Assembly: GCA_937891735.1 (NCBI GenBank)
Contig: CALAGR010000207.1
Span: 8,972 to 72,971, forward strand
Direction: 5' to 3'
Source: an uncultured Pseudomonadota bacterium
GTDB lineage: Bacteria > Myxococcota_A > UBA796 > UBA9615
Length of the DNA: 64,000 nucleotides
Shown: positions 62,093-64,000 of the stretch, piece by piece
Numbering within the stretch: position 1 is the stretch's first letter
Layout: every line of letters starts with the position of its first letter
Notes under the pieces: model-generated
What the model was told of the DNA's origin: nothing
Database searches by the model: none
The model's input: the letters and a program-made list of their open reading frames with translations, nothing else
Translations under genes and position numbers: made by a program

Positions 62093-62138
62093 CCGCATTC
62101 GATTCGTTCCGTCCAAGCAAGACGACCCCCGGATTCTG

Positions 62139-62930
62139 ATGATCGACACCAGTGAGCATGGCAAGCAAGCGACGCCTTCCGGAGCGCCCGGCGGCGTCTC
62201 TGTGTGCGGGCTGTCCGACGTCGGCCGGGTCCGGGAGCTGAACGAGGACAACTGGCACTGGGAGGGCGTCGACGACGACACCGTCGTGTACGCCGTCGCC
62301 GACGGCATGGGCGGCCATGACCGCGGCGAGGTGGCGTCCCACATCGCCGTGGAGACCCTCTTCATCGCCGCCCGGGCCGCGCTGGGCGAGACCGCCGACC
62401 GCGACGTGACCGCGCTGCGCGAGCTGATGCGCAACGCCGTGCAGACGGCGAACCGGGCGGTGGTGACGGCGGGCGAGGAAAACGACTCGAACATGGGCAC
62501 CACCCTGACGTGCGGCCTGGTCTACAAGGGCCAGGAGGCCGTCGTGGCCAACGTCGGCGACTCCCGCGCGTATCTGCTGCGGGACGGCAAGCTCAAGGCA
62601 ATCAGCCAGGATCACAGCCTCGTCGCGTACCTGGTCCAGCTCGGAGAGCTGACCGCCGAAGAGGCGCGCACGCACCCCTCTGGCAACATCCTGGTGCGCT
62701 CCATCGGTTCGATGCCGGAGGTCGAGGTCGACGTCTATCACCTGGAAGTGAAGGCGGGCGACTGGATCATGGTGTGCAGCGATGGCCTCTGGGGCGAGCT
62801 GCCCGACTCCGACATCCTCGACATCATGACGAGCAACGCCGCGCCGGAAGACGCGTGCAAGGCGCTCGTCGATCGCGCGAACGAAGCCGGCGGCCGGGAC
62901 AACACCACGCTCGTCATCGTCGCCGTCTAA
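62139..62930 (+). CDS. PP2C-family Ser/Thr protein phosphatase
   Basis: Motifs GRVRELNEDN, AVADGMGGH, GTTL, ANVGDSRAYL, CSDGLW and GGRDNTT are present. Confidence 0.9.
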   Translation: MIDTSEHGKQATPSGAPGGVSVCGLSDVGRVRELNEDNWHWEGVDDDTVVYAVADGMGGHDRGEVASHIAVETLFIAARAALGETADRDVTALRELMRNAVQTANRAVVTAGEENDSNMGTTLTCGLVYKGQEAVVANVGDSRAYLLRDGKLKAISQDHSLVAYLVQLGELTAEEARTHPSGNILVRSIGSMPEVEVDVYHLEVKAGDWIMVCSDGLWGELPDSDILDIMTSNAAPEDACKALVDRANEAGGRDNTTLVIVAV

Positions 62931-62994
62931 GGTCGGCCGGGTGAATGCGGGCGTCCTCCCGTCCGTCGAACCTCGGCGACCCCGGAGTCCCCTC

Positions 62995-63561
62995 ATGAAG
63001 AAGCTCGCGTTGATGTTCGTTGCCGCGCTGCTGGCCGCCCCCTCGGCGTTCGCCGGCAACGCCGATCCCGACGCGCTGCCCCAGATCGGCGCGGTCGCCC
63101 CGGCCTTCGGCCTGTACCCGTTCGACACGAAGTCCTCGGTCGAGCAGTTCAAGGACAAGGTCGAGCTCGACGATCACTGCGGCATCCGCGCCTCGGACAC
63201 CAAGCTGGTGCTCATCGTGTTCGCCAACGCCATCTCCCTGGCCGGTGACCTCGAGTACGCCGAGGGCTGGCACAAGAAGCACGGCAAGGCGGGCCTGGTG
63301 CCCATCGTGATCTCCACCGATCCGGCCTCGCAGGCGGTGCGCGAGGTGCTGGCGAAGAGCAAGTACACGTTCCCGATCCTGGACGACAAGTTCAAGATCG
63401 TAGCGGCCCGCTACGGCGTCTCGTCCGCTCCGTTCACGTTCCTGCTGGATGGCGAGTGCCGCACGCTGGGGCTGAGCGACAAGGCGTTGAGCGTGGACGC
63501 GGAGCGCCTCGGCACGACCATCGCGACGCTGCTGTCAGGCAAGGCCGGCGAAATCGAGTAG
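62995..63561 (+). CDS. secreted thioredoxin-fold (TlpA/redoxin-like) protein lacking the CXXC motif
   Basis: Signal MKKLALMFVAALLAAPSAFA is present. Redoxin-like layout (APAFGL...LVLIVFANAISLAGD...FPILDD...YGVSSAPFTFLLD) has AISL where WCxxC is expected. Confidence 0.6.
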   Translation: MKKLALMFVAALLAAPSAFAGNADPDALPQIGAVAPAFGLYPFDTKSSVEQFKDKVELDDHCGIRASDTKLVLIVFANAISLAGDLEYAEGWHKKHGKAGLVPIVISTDPASQAVREVLAKSKYTFPILDDKFKIVAARYGVSSAPFTFLLDGECRTLGLSDKALSVDAERLGTTIATLLSGKAGEIE

Positions 63562-63704
63562 TTCCCGGGCGGGGGCAGCCCGATCCACCCGATCTCGGCG
63601 TCGACCTTCAGGCCCGCTTCGTGCGGCGTACAAAAGTACGCCTCCTTGCGGTCCCTCGTCCTCCTTGACCTCGGGCGCCTCTGACGCCCCCACCTCGGGA
63701 ACTG
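63559..63704. repeat. copy B of the ~141-nt intergenic element
   Basis: It starts at the stop TAG of the upstream gene, has the same terminal inverted repeats (AGTTCCCG...CGGGAACT) and the same internal hairpin GGCGTAC-NNNN-GTACGCC. See copy A. Confidence 0.75.
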
Positions 63705-63734
63705 CCCGTGCGGGGGTTGGGTCTCCGATGAGAG

Positions 63735-64000
63735 CTAGACCGTCACGTCCAGGCGCTTGATCTTGTCGTAGAGCGCCCGCGCGCTGATCCCCAGGCGCGC
63801 GGCGGCCTTGCCCCGATGCCCCGCCGTGGCGTTCAACGCCCTGCGGATCATCGCCCGCTCGACCTCTTGTAGGGTCCAGCCGTCGAACTCCTCGCCGCAC
63901 TGCGGGTTGGCCACCGGGACGTCGCTGACCGTGGTGGCCCCCTGCGTGGCCTCATCGACCATGTCGCGGAGCGGCTGGGGCAGGAACCGCGTCTCGAGCT
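63735..64000 (-). CDS. sigma-54 enhancer-binding protein, C-terminal fragment (5' part beyond window end)
   Basis: A Fis-type HTH (IRRALNATAGHRGKAAARLGISARALYDKIKRL) is present. The frame stays open upstream of the listed Met to the window edge (...LETRFLPQPLRDM). Confidence 0.7.
   Translation of the reverse strand, partial: LETRFLPQPLRDMVDEATQGATTVSDVPVANPQCGEEFDGWTLQEVERAMIRRALNATAGHRGKAAARLGISARALYDKIKRLDVTV

Overview
This is a very high-GC (about 70% by eye), gene-dense chromosomal segment. Its content points to a myxobacterium (inference): several Hanks-type Ser/Thr kinases, sigma-54 enhancer-binding regulators, MYXO-CTERM-like protein tails and MopE-type Cys/Asp repeats. I can support about 46 protein-coding genes, two copies of a ~141-nt intergenic repeat and a few hairpins or promoter-like sites. 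I found no rRNA, tRNA or CRISPR. In order, the window holds: a cyclase fragment, a GNAT and a LysM lytic transglycosylase; an ntrB/ntrC-like pair, thiE, a lipoprotein and pabB (one plus-strand run ending in a terminator); a VWA lipoprotein; a minus-strand operon of short MopB-like, kinase-phosphatase, PrpD-like and rhomboid genes; molybdenum-cofactor genes (fdhD, moaA, apbC, moeA); envelope proteins (beta-barrel, GDPD, Omp85-like, NlpC/P60); two tandem giant Cys/Asp-repeat surface proteins stop/start-coupled to a methyltransferase and an ABC-2 transporter; kinases, a GH31 lipoprotein and a histidine kinase; a CPBP protease; cysM-mec-cysO-moeZ; ilvE; a TonB-dependent receptor coupled to a PEGA kinase; a B12 radical SAM gene with a polytopic membrane protein; and a PP2C gene with a thioredoxin-fold protein. 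The three most unusual items are (1) the five-gene giant-protein/methyltransferase/ABC locus at 27863-41393, (2) a MITE-like or structured ~141-nt element abutting the TAG stop codons of two unrelated genes 52 kb apart, and (3) a ligase-less Pnkp-like kinase-phosphatase in an odd four-gene operon. Most long entries in the ORF track are antisense or out-of-frame artefacts of GC-rich composition. All start codons were chosen by hand and no similarity search could be run, so family calls rest on motifs I recognise.
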